The notes beneath the pieces are model-generated. The model was not told where the DNA came from, did no database searches, and saw only the letters and a list, made by a program, of their open reading frames with translations. 64,000 nucleotides of DNA from Amphiscolops sp. MND2022. Lineage: Eukaryota. The stretch is taken from contig OZ076409.1 in NCBI GenBank assembly GCA_964187785.1, positions 22,508,001-22,572,000 of the forward strand, in the 5' to 3' direction. Position numbers and translations under genes: made by a program. Positions 37,727-49,603 of the stretch are shown here, one piece after another (position 1 is the stretch's first letter; every line of letters starts with the position of its first letter).

Positions 37727-38852
37727 TGGTGACAGGAGACAACGAATCTCCACTTCAAGTTCCGAGTTTCTCACGGGACAAGTCTCATCCAGAAACCATC
37801 TCGACAGGTCCTATGAGGACATCAACCTTGACACGACGATCCCAGCGCAAGAGAGAAATGCTCCGGCTGCTCAAACTGGCCCTATTACTCGACTGGCAGA
37901 TGTCTTGACAACGAAGCAGAATAGACCGACAGCCCAACAACTCACTATACGCTCAGTCAACTCAAACACAATGACTTTTGATGGCAACAGTGAAAAATTC
38001 GAGCTGTTCGAGGACCTGTTCCACACGATGATCAAGATGCAACCGGAAATGACGGAACAGATGGAAATAAATCACTTCCACTCACTGCTGAGGAAGAATG
38101 CTCTCCAAACCTTCCGTAACATCAGCTCGAGCAATAGACAGACTTTAGAGGACGTATTGGTAATATTCAGACGAAAATACGTCAAGCCCGAATCACAGGC
38201 GACTGCCAAACATAAATGGCACCGTCTAGTCTTTGACCCCAACACGATGAAACTGCCAGATTTCCTTGAAGAATTAAATCAAGGGGCAGAAAAAGCATTC
38301 GGGGATCACGCGCAGAAAATGATTGACAGTTTGCTCTACGCAAAACTGCCACCAAAACTGAAGCGGTCTGTAAACATGGCCAGACTCGAAAACGGCTCTT
38401 ATGATGAAATAGTTGCTCATTTAGAGAGAGAGTTAGAACTAAATGCCCTTGAGGAATCAGACGACCTACCAATGGCCACAATGACCTCCTCGACAACAAA
38501 ATCCAAGACTCCTCTAACTACTGGGCAAATATCGGACATCACTTGCAATTATTGCAAGGAGAAGGGCCATATAGTCAAAGACTGTGAAAAATTGAAGAAG
38601 AAAAAGGAAAAAGATGCCCAACAAGGCAAACAAACTCAGAAAAAGACGTATCCGGAGTGTGGCACTTGTGGTAAAAAGAACCACCCGGAAGAAAGATGTT
38701 GGCAAGGTGCTGGTGCGCTCCTCAAACCCAAACGCACCAGACCAGATGACGCTAATGACGGTAAACCCAATTCAAAGGCGCAGAAACCACAAAACAAATC
38801 AACATCTTCCAACTCACAGGTCTCATCTTCCAATGATGAGTCAAAAAACTAA
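37141..38852 (+). CDS. gag: Element C Gag (one apparent 1-nt deletion near 37762)
   Basis: Basic N-terminus and coiled coil encoded in the LTR; capsid-like TFDGNSEKFELFEDLF..FHSLLRKNALQTF; two knuckles CNYCKEKGHIVKDC and CGTCGKKNHPEERC. Confidence 0.88.
37727..37738 (+). promoter_or_regulatory. Element C primer-binding site (tRNA-Leu-like), inside the gag frame
   Basis: TGGTGACAGGAG abuts the LTR-terminal CA and has one mismatch to the tRNA-Leu PBS TGGTGTCAGGAG. Confidence 0.65.
38843..38849 (+). promoter_or_regulatory. -1 ribosomal frameshift heptamer A_AAA_AAC at the gag/pol junction
   Basis: tcA AAA AAC taa ends gag; the -1 frame (LTSPRLQY...) is open into ORF 38948. Confidence 0.8.
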
Positions 38853-41800
38853 CTTCGCCACGACTCCAATACAATCAACTAATATCCGTCCGTCAATACA
38901 TCAGGTCGGATCCTCCAACAAAAACTTTTCATCAATATACACAACAATTGATGGGCTATCCCTCTGTTGTCTGGCAGCAACAGATGGACAAAGCAGTAAC
39001 CATCACATATAACAACACACATTTGTTCCAAAAACCAATTCCTGTTTGGGATCCTGATTATACTACTACCTTCACTACCCGATTCAGGCCCATTTCCCTG
39101 GTTGACAATTACAACCCCACCTACATAGATCCAGACTACGGCAGAGACCCCTATTGGGACACAGAAATCTACAACCAGGAACAACTACAATTCCAATATG
39201 TCTTAGACGACATCGAGCACTATAATAGAACAGTCCACGAGAACCCTCCAATCACCCACAATAAAAAGACCAGAGCACTAGTTGAAAACTGGCAAATGAA
39301 TGATGGCACCAACCATCCAGTGTTCCCAAACCCATTGGGGACCGAGACCCATGAAGACGTTGCTCAACCCATACCACAATCACTATTAGATGAGAAGCAG
39401 TTCCAGAATGTCTTAATCACCAGGGACGGTGAACCAGACTGTATACCACTGTCAACCAACATCAATCTCAAATGCAAAAAACGCATGTTGTACTTCCCCA
39501 TGGACTTTGGGGAATTGACCATAGACGGACTTATTGACACTGGAGCGCTGTCCAGTGCAATTCCTGAAATGGACCTCCGGAAAATTCGACTTCTATCTCA
39601 CAATCTGTCATCCGGGAAGGTCCGCCTCCAAATTTCCAAATAATGGTCGCTAATGGGCAATTGGAAACTCCCAAAAGTACAATAGAGCTCAAATTTGAAG
39701 TTGGTGACATTGAGTTTCATGAGATTTTTATAGTCATGGAACACCTGACAGGTCCAATTATCGGCCTAATGTTCCTTCAACGAAATCATACAGTCCTGGA
39801 CATGAGACAAGGAATACTGAACTTCCCGTTCTTCTCAATGCAGCTCAAAACAGCTGACCATAAATACTCAAATGGCTTAGAACCATTTCTCAATCCCATT
39901 GAGATAACCATTCCGCCAAATGATAGAGTCCTAATTAGGACCAATTCCCTACTGTACCCTGAGAATGCTGTCACTGGAATTTTGCAACCGAGCGACCTTC
40001 TACATGAAGAAGGCGACATCACATTCTGCCCAGCCTTGGTCACTCTGAATGACGGCAATATATTGATATCAGTGAGCAATTTCACAGACCACCCTTATAA
40101 ACTCAAAAAGGGACTACATATTGCCAATTTCTCCGTCATGACACCAGAACAGATGAAGTATGTTAAACCGGTAGATCCAGCATCCACCTGGCACCTTTTG
40201 CAGAATGACCAGGAGCAAGCAGCCCATTATGTCAGCAGTCTCATCAAAACCAATAGAAATCCACAAAACTCCGAAAATTATTGGTTCCCAACTCCAGAAA
40301 ACCCTGGAAATCCTGAGGAACACACACCTATACAAAAACGAATCCTACGCGAATTACAGACCCTACAGGACCTGGAGACACTCGACCCCACCACAGATGC
40401 AGAATCGCGTGCAAAATTCTTAGAAAACTTCGACTGGAAAGATTCCACCCTTACTCCTGAAGAGAAGGAGAAAATAGAGGAATTGTTAGTGGAATTCCAC
40501 GACATCTTTGCACGACACCGATTTGATATAGGCATGAACGAGGACTTCAAGGTGAAACTGACGCCTAAGGATGATTCCCCGGCCTATAGTCAAAGCCTCC
40601 CAGCTCCTATCAATCTGAAGGAGGATATCCTAGTCGAATTAGCCATGTTACATAAATATGGCATCATCACCACCCTACCGTTCTCGAAATATGCGAGTCC
40701 AATCTTCGCACAAAAGAAACCGAACGGAAAACTCCGACTCTTGGTTGATTTGAGAAAAATCAACAACCTCATCTCAGATGCTTATATCAACAACAATCAT
40801 CCCGTCAGTACACTAGTTGACGCCGCCCAACACTTGGCAGGCAAAAAACTGTTCTGTAAATTAGACTGTTCGCAGGCATACCACTGCCTACCAATGGCTG
40901 ACCAACGTTCAATCGAAATGTTGGCTTTCAATTTTGCCAGTCGCACATTCGCCTACAGACGTTTGGCACAAGGCCTTAGCCGGTCACTATCCGCATTCTC
41001 AAGTTTCATGAGGGAATACCTCGACAAAGTCATTAAAGCGGATCAGTGTGCCCAGTATGTGGACGATATCGGCATTGCAGCCAATGATGCTGACCACCTC
41101 ATAACGAACCTGAGAGCTACATTCAAATGCATTCATGAAGCAGGCCTTAAGTTAACAATGCACAAATGTCATTTCGGTGCAAAAGAAATCGATTTTCTCG
41201 GACGGACTATTACCCCACAAGGCGTCAAACCCCAGAAACAGAATGTGCAAAACTTTCTGGAAAAGACTAAATTCCCGAAGTCGAAAAAGGCTTTACAGCG
41301 CTATTTGGGATTCCTAAACTACTACAGGAATTATGTCCCAAGACTCTCCGAACGCCTTGCTCCATTCTACAAGATGCTCAAAAGTGACGAAAAGGTCCTA
41401 GTATCGAAAGAATTAGTCCAACAATTCGAAGAAATCAATAGAGCGCTAGACAAATGTTGCAACTTGTCCCTACAACAACCCATTCCGAACAAACAAATAG
41501 CACTAATGACTGATGCAAGTTTTGGTGCAGCTGGATACGCGGTCCTAATCGAAGACGACCCAAGCCAGAAATATACGTCACTCAGGAAATCATATGCACC
41601 AGTAGCATATGGATCAAAAACTTTCACCCCAGCACAGATCAAGATGTCAATTTATGCCAAGGAATTCCTTGCAATTTATTTTGCATTCAAAGAATTCGGA
41701 CATACCTTCTGGGGTGCGCCGAAACCGGTCATCATCCTTACGGACAACAAAGCTGTCACGAGATTTTTCCAAACGAAAATAATACCCCCAGCCCTGTGGA

Positions 41801-44055
41801 ACGCGTGTGATTATGTCATTCAGTTCAATTTTGTCATAGCACACATCCCAGGGGCACAAAACACAGCTGCCGACTATTTGTCCCGATTAGAAGCAGATCC
41901 GAAGGACAAATTGGTGATGAAAATTCGTGAAGATGTACAGACACTACCAATAGAAATCAATGTCCAATCCGCAGGGGTGTCGCAAGAAGAACAAATCTTC
42001 TACACCAATGACGACGATGAGACAGAAGAACAGTTTTGGGCAAGAAAAGAAGCAATCAGGAAAAATCCAGCAACTGATGAGCCCACTGTTACTATACAAA
42101 CTCTGTCAACAAATCTGGTCAAACAACACCCCGATATACAAGTCCGATTGAGGAAAACGAACCAGATCATTATCGAGCAATCCAAAGATGCGGTACTACA
42201 ACAATTGAAAGCAAAACTGCTTCATGACGAGTATTCAGAAAATCTACTGCACCAGGATGCCCGATATAGACATTACGCAAACAATCTGGAACGAATTGTA
42301 CTAAAGGACGAAATCCTGACAAGGCAATATTTCGATGAAACAGGAAATGTTAAAAACCATCAAATTTTACTCCCGCAACATTTACTCCAGGAATTGCTCC
42401 AATCTCTTCACGGGACAGCGCATAAACATCCCGGGATTTCAAAAATGCTGCAGGAAATTCGACAGAGATATTACTACCCTAGCATGGCTAAACACGTCAA
42501 AAAGTGGGTAGAAGGGTGCGAACAATGTGCCAGAGACAAAAGAGTCCCTAATGCAACGATCACACCTGAGCTGCTCAACTTGCCCGAATGGGACCTTGGA
42601 CCTGAAGACGCCATGCAAATCGACCTATTGCCGAATCTTCCCCCAAGTGGAGGGTATGAAAATGTCCTAACAGCAATTGACGTGTTTTCCAGATACTTGT
42701 TCGCATATCCTCTTACGGACTCATCAGCGATCAATGTGGCGAAAGCGCTCATTGATATCATGACCAAGCATGTATATCTGCCAACAACCCTTATTACTGA
42801 TAAAGGAACTGCATTTACTTCTACAATTATCGCGGAGGTTACGCAGATTTTGGGCATCACACTCAAATGTGCAACGACAAAGCACCCGCAAACAATTGGG
42901 AAATTAGAGCGGACCCATGCCTCATTAAAGACGAATCTCAAAATGGCATGCGGGGAATACCGCCGACAATGGCATAAGTACTTGCCATTAGCAGTACTTA
43001 ATCATAATACTAAATATCATGCCAGCATTGGTTGTGAACCAACAAGGGTATTCCCTGGCAGAATTCCCTATAATATTCTAGATCACAAGCTTGGAAATAA
43101 TCCAAACGAAAAAATCAGCCCTACAACCGAATTTGTTGAAGAAATCCAAAACCGGACAAAAATCCTCTTTGACAAAACGAAGCAGAACATTATGCAGTCG
43201 TATATCAAGTACAAAGAATATTACGACCGTAAAGCAAAAGCTGCTCCACTAAAGGAGAACGAATACTGTTTTGTCTTACAACCGAAAGCGGACAATCAAG
43301 GATCAAAAATTCCTTTCCGTGATTACCGTTGGGTTGGACCATTTGTAGTCCAAAAAGTTTTGCCAAATGAAAACTATATAGTACGACGCATCAATACGAA
43401 CAAAACTCAAATTTTGCATCGCATTCGTCTCAAGAAGTTCGTCCCCAATCAACCGCTTGAGGATAATTTCCGAGAACAACAGCTGCAACCAGACGAAGAA
43501 ATCGTCATTCCGCAAGATGAATTATACGTCATAACGTGGGAAACAGATTTTGGCGAGCAGCTAATTACACGAGGCAACGAGCCTATTCCGACTAGCGTGC
43601 CGAATGGCGAACAACCGAATGCGGCGCAACCGAATACAAGTGACGCACACGAGAATGAAGTGGATTATGTAATCACGAGTGATAAATCAAATCTTGCCGA
43701 TCGTGCGTCGCATAGCCGGAATGAACGATTAATTGATGACGTCACTACAAGAAATGAAGCTAGTGAACAGTCTAGAAATGAAGAACCTGATTGGCCGAAT
43801 CCGGCCATTTCCCCAAAAAGCCACGAAAAATCTTTGCCGGATACGGCAGAAAGCCCAAAAGACAAGGAAATTTTCCCATATGAAAATTTGCGAACCGAAA
43901 CTGATGCACAAAAATCTCCAAGAAGGGGGGATGATATTATCGTGCCCGAAATATCTGAAAACGATGCTAGAAATGAAAGTCTGAGCCCTAGAGGAGGGAA
44001 ATATAACCTCAGGCCTAACCCTAACCCAAACTACTCAGAAGACTACAGATATTAG
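38849..44055 (+). CDS. pol: Element C Pol (PR, RT, RNase H, IN); one frameshift near 39600
   Basis: PR LIDTGA; RT LVDLRKIN, KLDCSQAY, QYVDD; RH TDAS, KEFLAI, TDNK, NTAADYLSR; IN HGTAHKHPG..CEQC, IDLL / TDKG / LERTH, GPF. Confidence 0.95.
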
Positions 44056-44298
44056 AGAAAATTAAATTCGGCTCAGGAAATCAGCCCTGAACTGTTTTAT
44101 TCTCTTCTCTTTTACTTTTCTTTTTACTAGTCCCATGCAGCAGTATCTTTTGAATAAATAATGGGACACTTGGACGATCCCTTACAAAGAAAATAAATAC
44201 GGGATCAGAAAAATCGAGAGCAACAAAATGAAATAAATAATACAAACAGAAAATCAACAAAGTTTACAGTCTGTAAGTACATAAATACATATGTACAA

Positions 44299-47200
44299 TT
44301 AGCTCTTAGAACCACCAGCAGAAGATTCACCAAGGACAGACGAAGCTCTACCCCGGGAACAACTCTTTTCCATCCGCCTCCGCTTACTATCACTGGGTGG
44401 CCTCACAGCAGGAGCATCAGGCACAGAAGAAGTATCAGCGAAAGTGGGACTTCTAAAATGGAATTCTGACCCGGCGAGAACAGAGCGATAAGAAGTGACG
44501 AGAGTCTTGTAAATTGCTGAACGGCCGAAGCTGTCTACAAAGGTCCACGGGTCGTAATCGGCAGTGAAGGCAGTCTGTCCAAACGTCGAAGACAATTCGA
44601 AGAATTTCTCGAGACGAGACTCAGAACAGCAGGCAACCAGAGAATCAGGCACTGTTGACAGATAACTTTGACAAGGCAAGATGACGTCCGCTAAACGAGA
44701 CTGAAGCCCCTTTGTGTCAATCTTGCCCAAAGAAACAGGAGGATACTCGGGACTCACAGAAGTGATGCAGAGGCAACTCAGTTTGAACAGATAACATAGA
44801 TGCTCATGTGTGTGGAGGAACTCCAATCCCATGAAGAAGTCAATGAGATCAGGAGGATCGCAGGAGGAGCCGAACTCAGAAGAATGGTTGGCTCGGAGGT
44901 AATCCAATAGGGCAACGTACTCGTCCCGGCAAACTGACTCATTGGACGCTGAAACCCAGGAACGCAGTTGGAAAGTGGAATACAGACGGTCAAAATGCCG
45001 CAAAGCAATTTCTACGGGCCTCCTGAAGAGGATATGCGGATCAAACGCAGCCAGTCCTTTGATGAGGTCAGATCCGAGCTCGGAGTGTTGGAGTACTCCG
45101 GACAACAAGAACTTGATGAACTCCCTCGCACTCTTCACAAAGTCTGATTTTGCACTTTCAGCAGTCTTGTCGATCGCTGCCTTACTAGACTTCTTGTTGA
45201 AATGAAGCCCCGCTGCCTTCAAGTTGCTTGCACTGGTCACTTTACTGGCAATCTTGAGCCGTACCAGGAAATCTTCATCACTCATAGGCTTGCCCTGACT
45301 GATTCGGAAGTCCATCAACAGGAACCAAGCGCTTTCCAGAGGCACAGTGTCAGGCTGGTAGATGCGGAAGCAAAGACGATTGATATACTTGCACATCTCT
45401 CCACAAAGGAAGAAGGTAGCATCTCGCCTCTGACCCAAATTGATGACGAAACTAGTGACATCTAAAACACAGAATCTGAAGGTCCCTAAAAGGACGGCAG
45501 ACCAAAGTGACCCTACCAAACTAGAAATACTCACAATCGCTGACCAGGCGTTGGAACAGCTCCAGTTTGACAGTGAAGAAACTGTCCATGATCAGGGACC
45601 ACTCGAAACTCTGGACCTGTGGAAAGATATGATGTAAATTTGAAACGATGACCCTACCTATGCTTATGAAAAGAGACGTCCTCTAGGACTCTCTTAAAAA
45701 GACAGATAGTTTTGTGAATAATAACCTTGTTATGGACCCCTTGATTCTCTTGTCGGCGTGAATGCACAGTGAAGTAGCGCAGGATCGACTTCCACTTCTT
45801 CAATAGATCGCGGCACAGATCAGGTATTTTGGTTATTTCCAGTGTGCAAGTTGTGATAGCCTAAACAAAACGATTTAAAAATGGGAGCCCTAACTGTCGG
45901 TGACTACCTCCGCCCTTCACCAATATTATGCAGAACAAATTTGCAAAATAGACTTACTCGGACAAGTTCAGTCGAATCGGTGACCCAGTCCTCAGATAAG
46001 CAACCTCCAAGCGAGACCAGAAGACATTGAAGGACAGAGAACATGTCTATGTGCCCGAAGACGCTGTAGTTTACCTTGTGCATCAAGGTCCTCAAGTCGA
46101 GCGACTCAAACCGGAAGCAACTTTGGATCCCACGTGGGTAGGAGGGATGCTGGTCCACTGTCCTTATCAGGTCAACGGCACATCCAGATATCGCGACCAC
46201 ATCGGGAGCGGTAGAAATGGCAGACAACAATCGTGATAGGGAGCCCATCTCCTCAGTGAGCCCGACGCCAGAAAGTCCACTTCGACAGACGAAGATGCGA
46301 CAAAGCTTCGCACCCTTCCAAAATCGGAGAGACATCAAGCGGTTGGCCCCTCTCTTCTCGAACTCAATCCCATAGTGCTGGGAAGCGATGATTTGCTCTG
46401 CCACGTCTTCCATCATGCAGTTGAAGACGTGTTGGAAAATGGCCTGAAACGGAACGAAACTCGGATGATCATACGGCCTTACCATTACAAGCTACCCTTA
46501 CGCTACGAATGGTTCTATGATGAAATAAACGAGTGAACTTACCATGATGTGGTCTTCACTCCAGTCGAAATCCTGGAAGACTGATTGGAATCCAGTATAG
46601 CTCCCTGCTCTATCCCACAACCTGCGGAGGATAGCTATGTTGCCTGAGTCCTGGACGAAATCTCCCAAGAGGCAAATCTGGGCCTGCAATCGCGATTGAG
46701 GTGTTACAGGAGCCGAAGAGTGTCCCTTCAAGTAATCCTCGTAAAAAGGATGTCTCTCGCCAACGTCAACAAGTACTGTATGGATGAATCTGGGAAGCTC
46801 TTGCGCAAGGTCGGATTTGTTGAGGATTTTGCCATCCCTTCCTCGAACTCTGTGCTGGACTTTCCCTGACACGTCATCAACTGTCTTGAGGTGCTCAAAC
46901 CGCCACCTCTGGTCTCGGCGAAGGTGTTTCTCGGTCCTGTGGTGACGTAAGATTTCCACAGTGCCTTTAGTCTTTATGCTAAAGTTTTTCTTGCACATGT
47001 GGCACCACACCATGTAAGGGTTATGTAACGGATCGGCTGGGCCAGAAATGAAGGATCTAGTCCATGCTATCTTGGAGAAGAACTCCTCACGCATAGGCAC
47101 ACCCCGCCTTGGCATCCTCTTGCTCTTACTTTTCCTGGCTGAGACAACTGCCTGACGGGACTTCTGGGTAGGAGATTGACCGCGAAGCTCAGACAAAGTA

Positions 47201-48558
47201 CAGTCCAGGCTGCTCTTCTCCTGCAATTCAGTCTCTCCCTCAGTCGTGTTATGTGGCAGCCCTGATTGTGAGGCTGTAGAGAGATTTTCAGGAGCAGTTT
47301 TATTATAAACTCTGTCAATCAAGAGCCTTTCCATGGAACTGTCACTATCTTCGAGATAGGAGAGACCACTGACATCCTGGAGTGTGCTCAGGTCAAGTTG
47401 TGGACTGGGCTGAGAACCAAGATCGACAGAAAGCTCGTCGGAGCTGGACCCAGCTTGGCGATTGGATCCTGGGGAAGGAGCTCGGGCTCGCGTCCGGAAC
47501 TTCTCAGTCCGTGAAGGGGCAGTCACGGGAGTTCCTTTTACTGCTCCAATTACCATTCTCTCCATGGTGGTACAAGTCATATTGATCGCTTCGTCAGTGA
47601 GAACCCGAAGCAGGTGATAGACCTGCGGCTCTGTGAAGGCTACAACCCTCTGTCCAACCGGGAACGTGTAGGGGTCTTCGGCCTCAAAATACTGTTTGAA
47701 GGTGGCTCTACTGCGTCCTGATAAATTTCGCAGAACTTCTTCTTGTGGCTGAGGATTAAACCGAGAAGTCCCTGGTGGTCCTGGATCGTGTATTTCTGAT
47801 CCTGAGTCTTCTTGAGTCTCTGACGCTGACCCCGTTCCAAAAGGGACGCTCGCGTACAAGAGGGGAATTTCAGACTGACTGGTAGTATCAACAGCCTGGG
47901 TGGTGTCACTGTGGTCCACTGGAGCGGTGAAATGTCCTGCTCCACCGAGGAGTGGAGGGGGCTCATGGACAGAAGATGAGGCTTCATCATCTGACTGCAG
48001 GAAAGAAACTGCAGATGTATCGTGGCTACGATTCTGGGCAAGTTGCAGCTCAGGGAAACGAGACTGCGACTGCGGCGCTACTGACAGTGAGGACTCAAGT
48101 TGTGAAATGCTGGTAACTTCTGTTCCAGGCTGCTCTAAGGGTGTCGGAGTGCTAGTTCTCACTTGAATAGGAACGTGATCCACGTCTGGGACAACTGGGT
48201 CTTGTGCCGGAGACGGCTCTTCTTCCGTAGGGCTGGCAGGATTTGTGTCAGTCAACCCCTGTGAGACTTCCATACGTTGGACCATCTCGTCTGCATACGC
48301 TGTGACATCAACGTTGCTTTCATTGCTGAAAGGAGAGTCAGCAGTCAACTGTTGCGCTTGGCCGAGGAATGTTCTTATTGGGGGAAACGGAGGTGGAGAA
48401 GGCGTACTGCTGGGCATTGAGATGGGTAAAGGACGTTGAGGAAGCGCAGTGGAATTACCAGTTGTGGTAATGCTTTGAATTTGTGGTTCGTCGACGTTCT
48501 GTTGTTCTAAACAGAAGGAGATGAAATTTGGCGGTAAGCTTCCTTGAAAGAAATCCAT
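44299..48558 (-). CDS. Antisense five-exon gene (~1293 aa): low-complexity N-terminus, BED/C2H2-like zinc finger and hAT-transposase-like body
   Basis: Exons 48558-46543, 46443-45958, 45860-45726, 45616-45535 and 45461-44299. GT-AG introns of 99, 97, 109 and 73 bp in compatible phases (0,0,0,1) give one stop-free ORF. Zn finger WCHMCKKNFSIKTKGTVEILRHHRTEKH; hAT-like LLKKWKSILRYF and LCYLFKLSCLCI. Confidence 0.75.
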
Positions 48559-49603
48559 TCTACCGCATTAGAAAACTTCCGGAAGTACTTTGAAAAATTG
48601 AACAAAACGTGTTATCACGTGTTTACTGATGGATACAGGAAGCATCTTGTGAACAAATTTAGCCCTGATCAAGTTAAATTAAGTTCAAAACCAAAGCAAA
48701 CCAACCTTCAACTGAAGACATTCTGTCCTGCTTTGCCTTTTACTGTCGAACCAATCAAGCTCAGGAGGTGTGGAATCTAGCCGGACTCGGACCAAGGACA
48801 GGTCCCGGGAATACTTCAAAGAGGAAGAAGGACGCTGTTGAAGAGATTAAGAAGAGTGGAGAAAACTGTCCGGTAGAGGATATCAGATGAAGAAGACAAA
48901 GTAAAATAATTGGAATTGAATTGGAATTAAAATGGGTTAATGGAATTAGAAGTTGGAGTTCGTGGCTGAAGAAAGTTTATCAGACTAATATTATTTAGTT
49001 ATTTACATATTTATTATGTACATGAAGTCTGCCAGCGAAATGTACAAAGAACTTTGTTATTTACAGCTTACTTAGTTAGTTGCCGATTCCGGCCGTTTGA
49101 CTTGTTGCACTTTTTTATTTCGTTCAGTTAACTTAGTTACCGCTAGTTAAAAAATCCGCCATTTTGAATTATTCAGATTTATTATTTTCGCCATTTTATT
49201 ATTTAATTTTTCATTTTATCAGAGCTTAACTCTGATTGGCTGAAGCCATGTTGAAAGAATTTAATGGCGCGTGTTATTAATTGATCCGAAGCAAGCCGTT
49301 AATTACCCACTTGAAGAGAAGATATTTGATATCAACAAATTAAGTGCTGCTTACACCCACTTTGATGATGGCTCGTATGAAGGGCAAACACCTACTTAAT
49401 CGGGGCCGCCAACCCCGTTTAGGAATTTCATTCAGGAAAGTTTACGATGAATCGGGGCAATCAACCTGAGATTCTCCCGCTAAATTGGAAACCTCGGGAA
49501 AAGGCCTAACTCGGAATTTGAGGAGGCAACAAGCTCATTCTGATTTCAAACTCGCTCACGACAAGTTGGCCGGCAAATCTCCAAAATTGCGAAAAAACTA
49601 ATA

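Noticed and set aside
44100..48900. Independent hAT DNA transposon nested in element C
   Set aside because: No TIRs or 8-bp TSD seen, catalytic motifs look eroded, and a homologue sits at the same position and orientation in element D.
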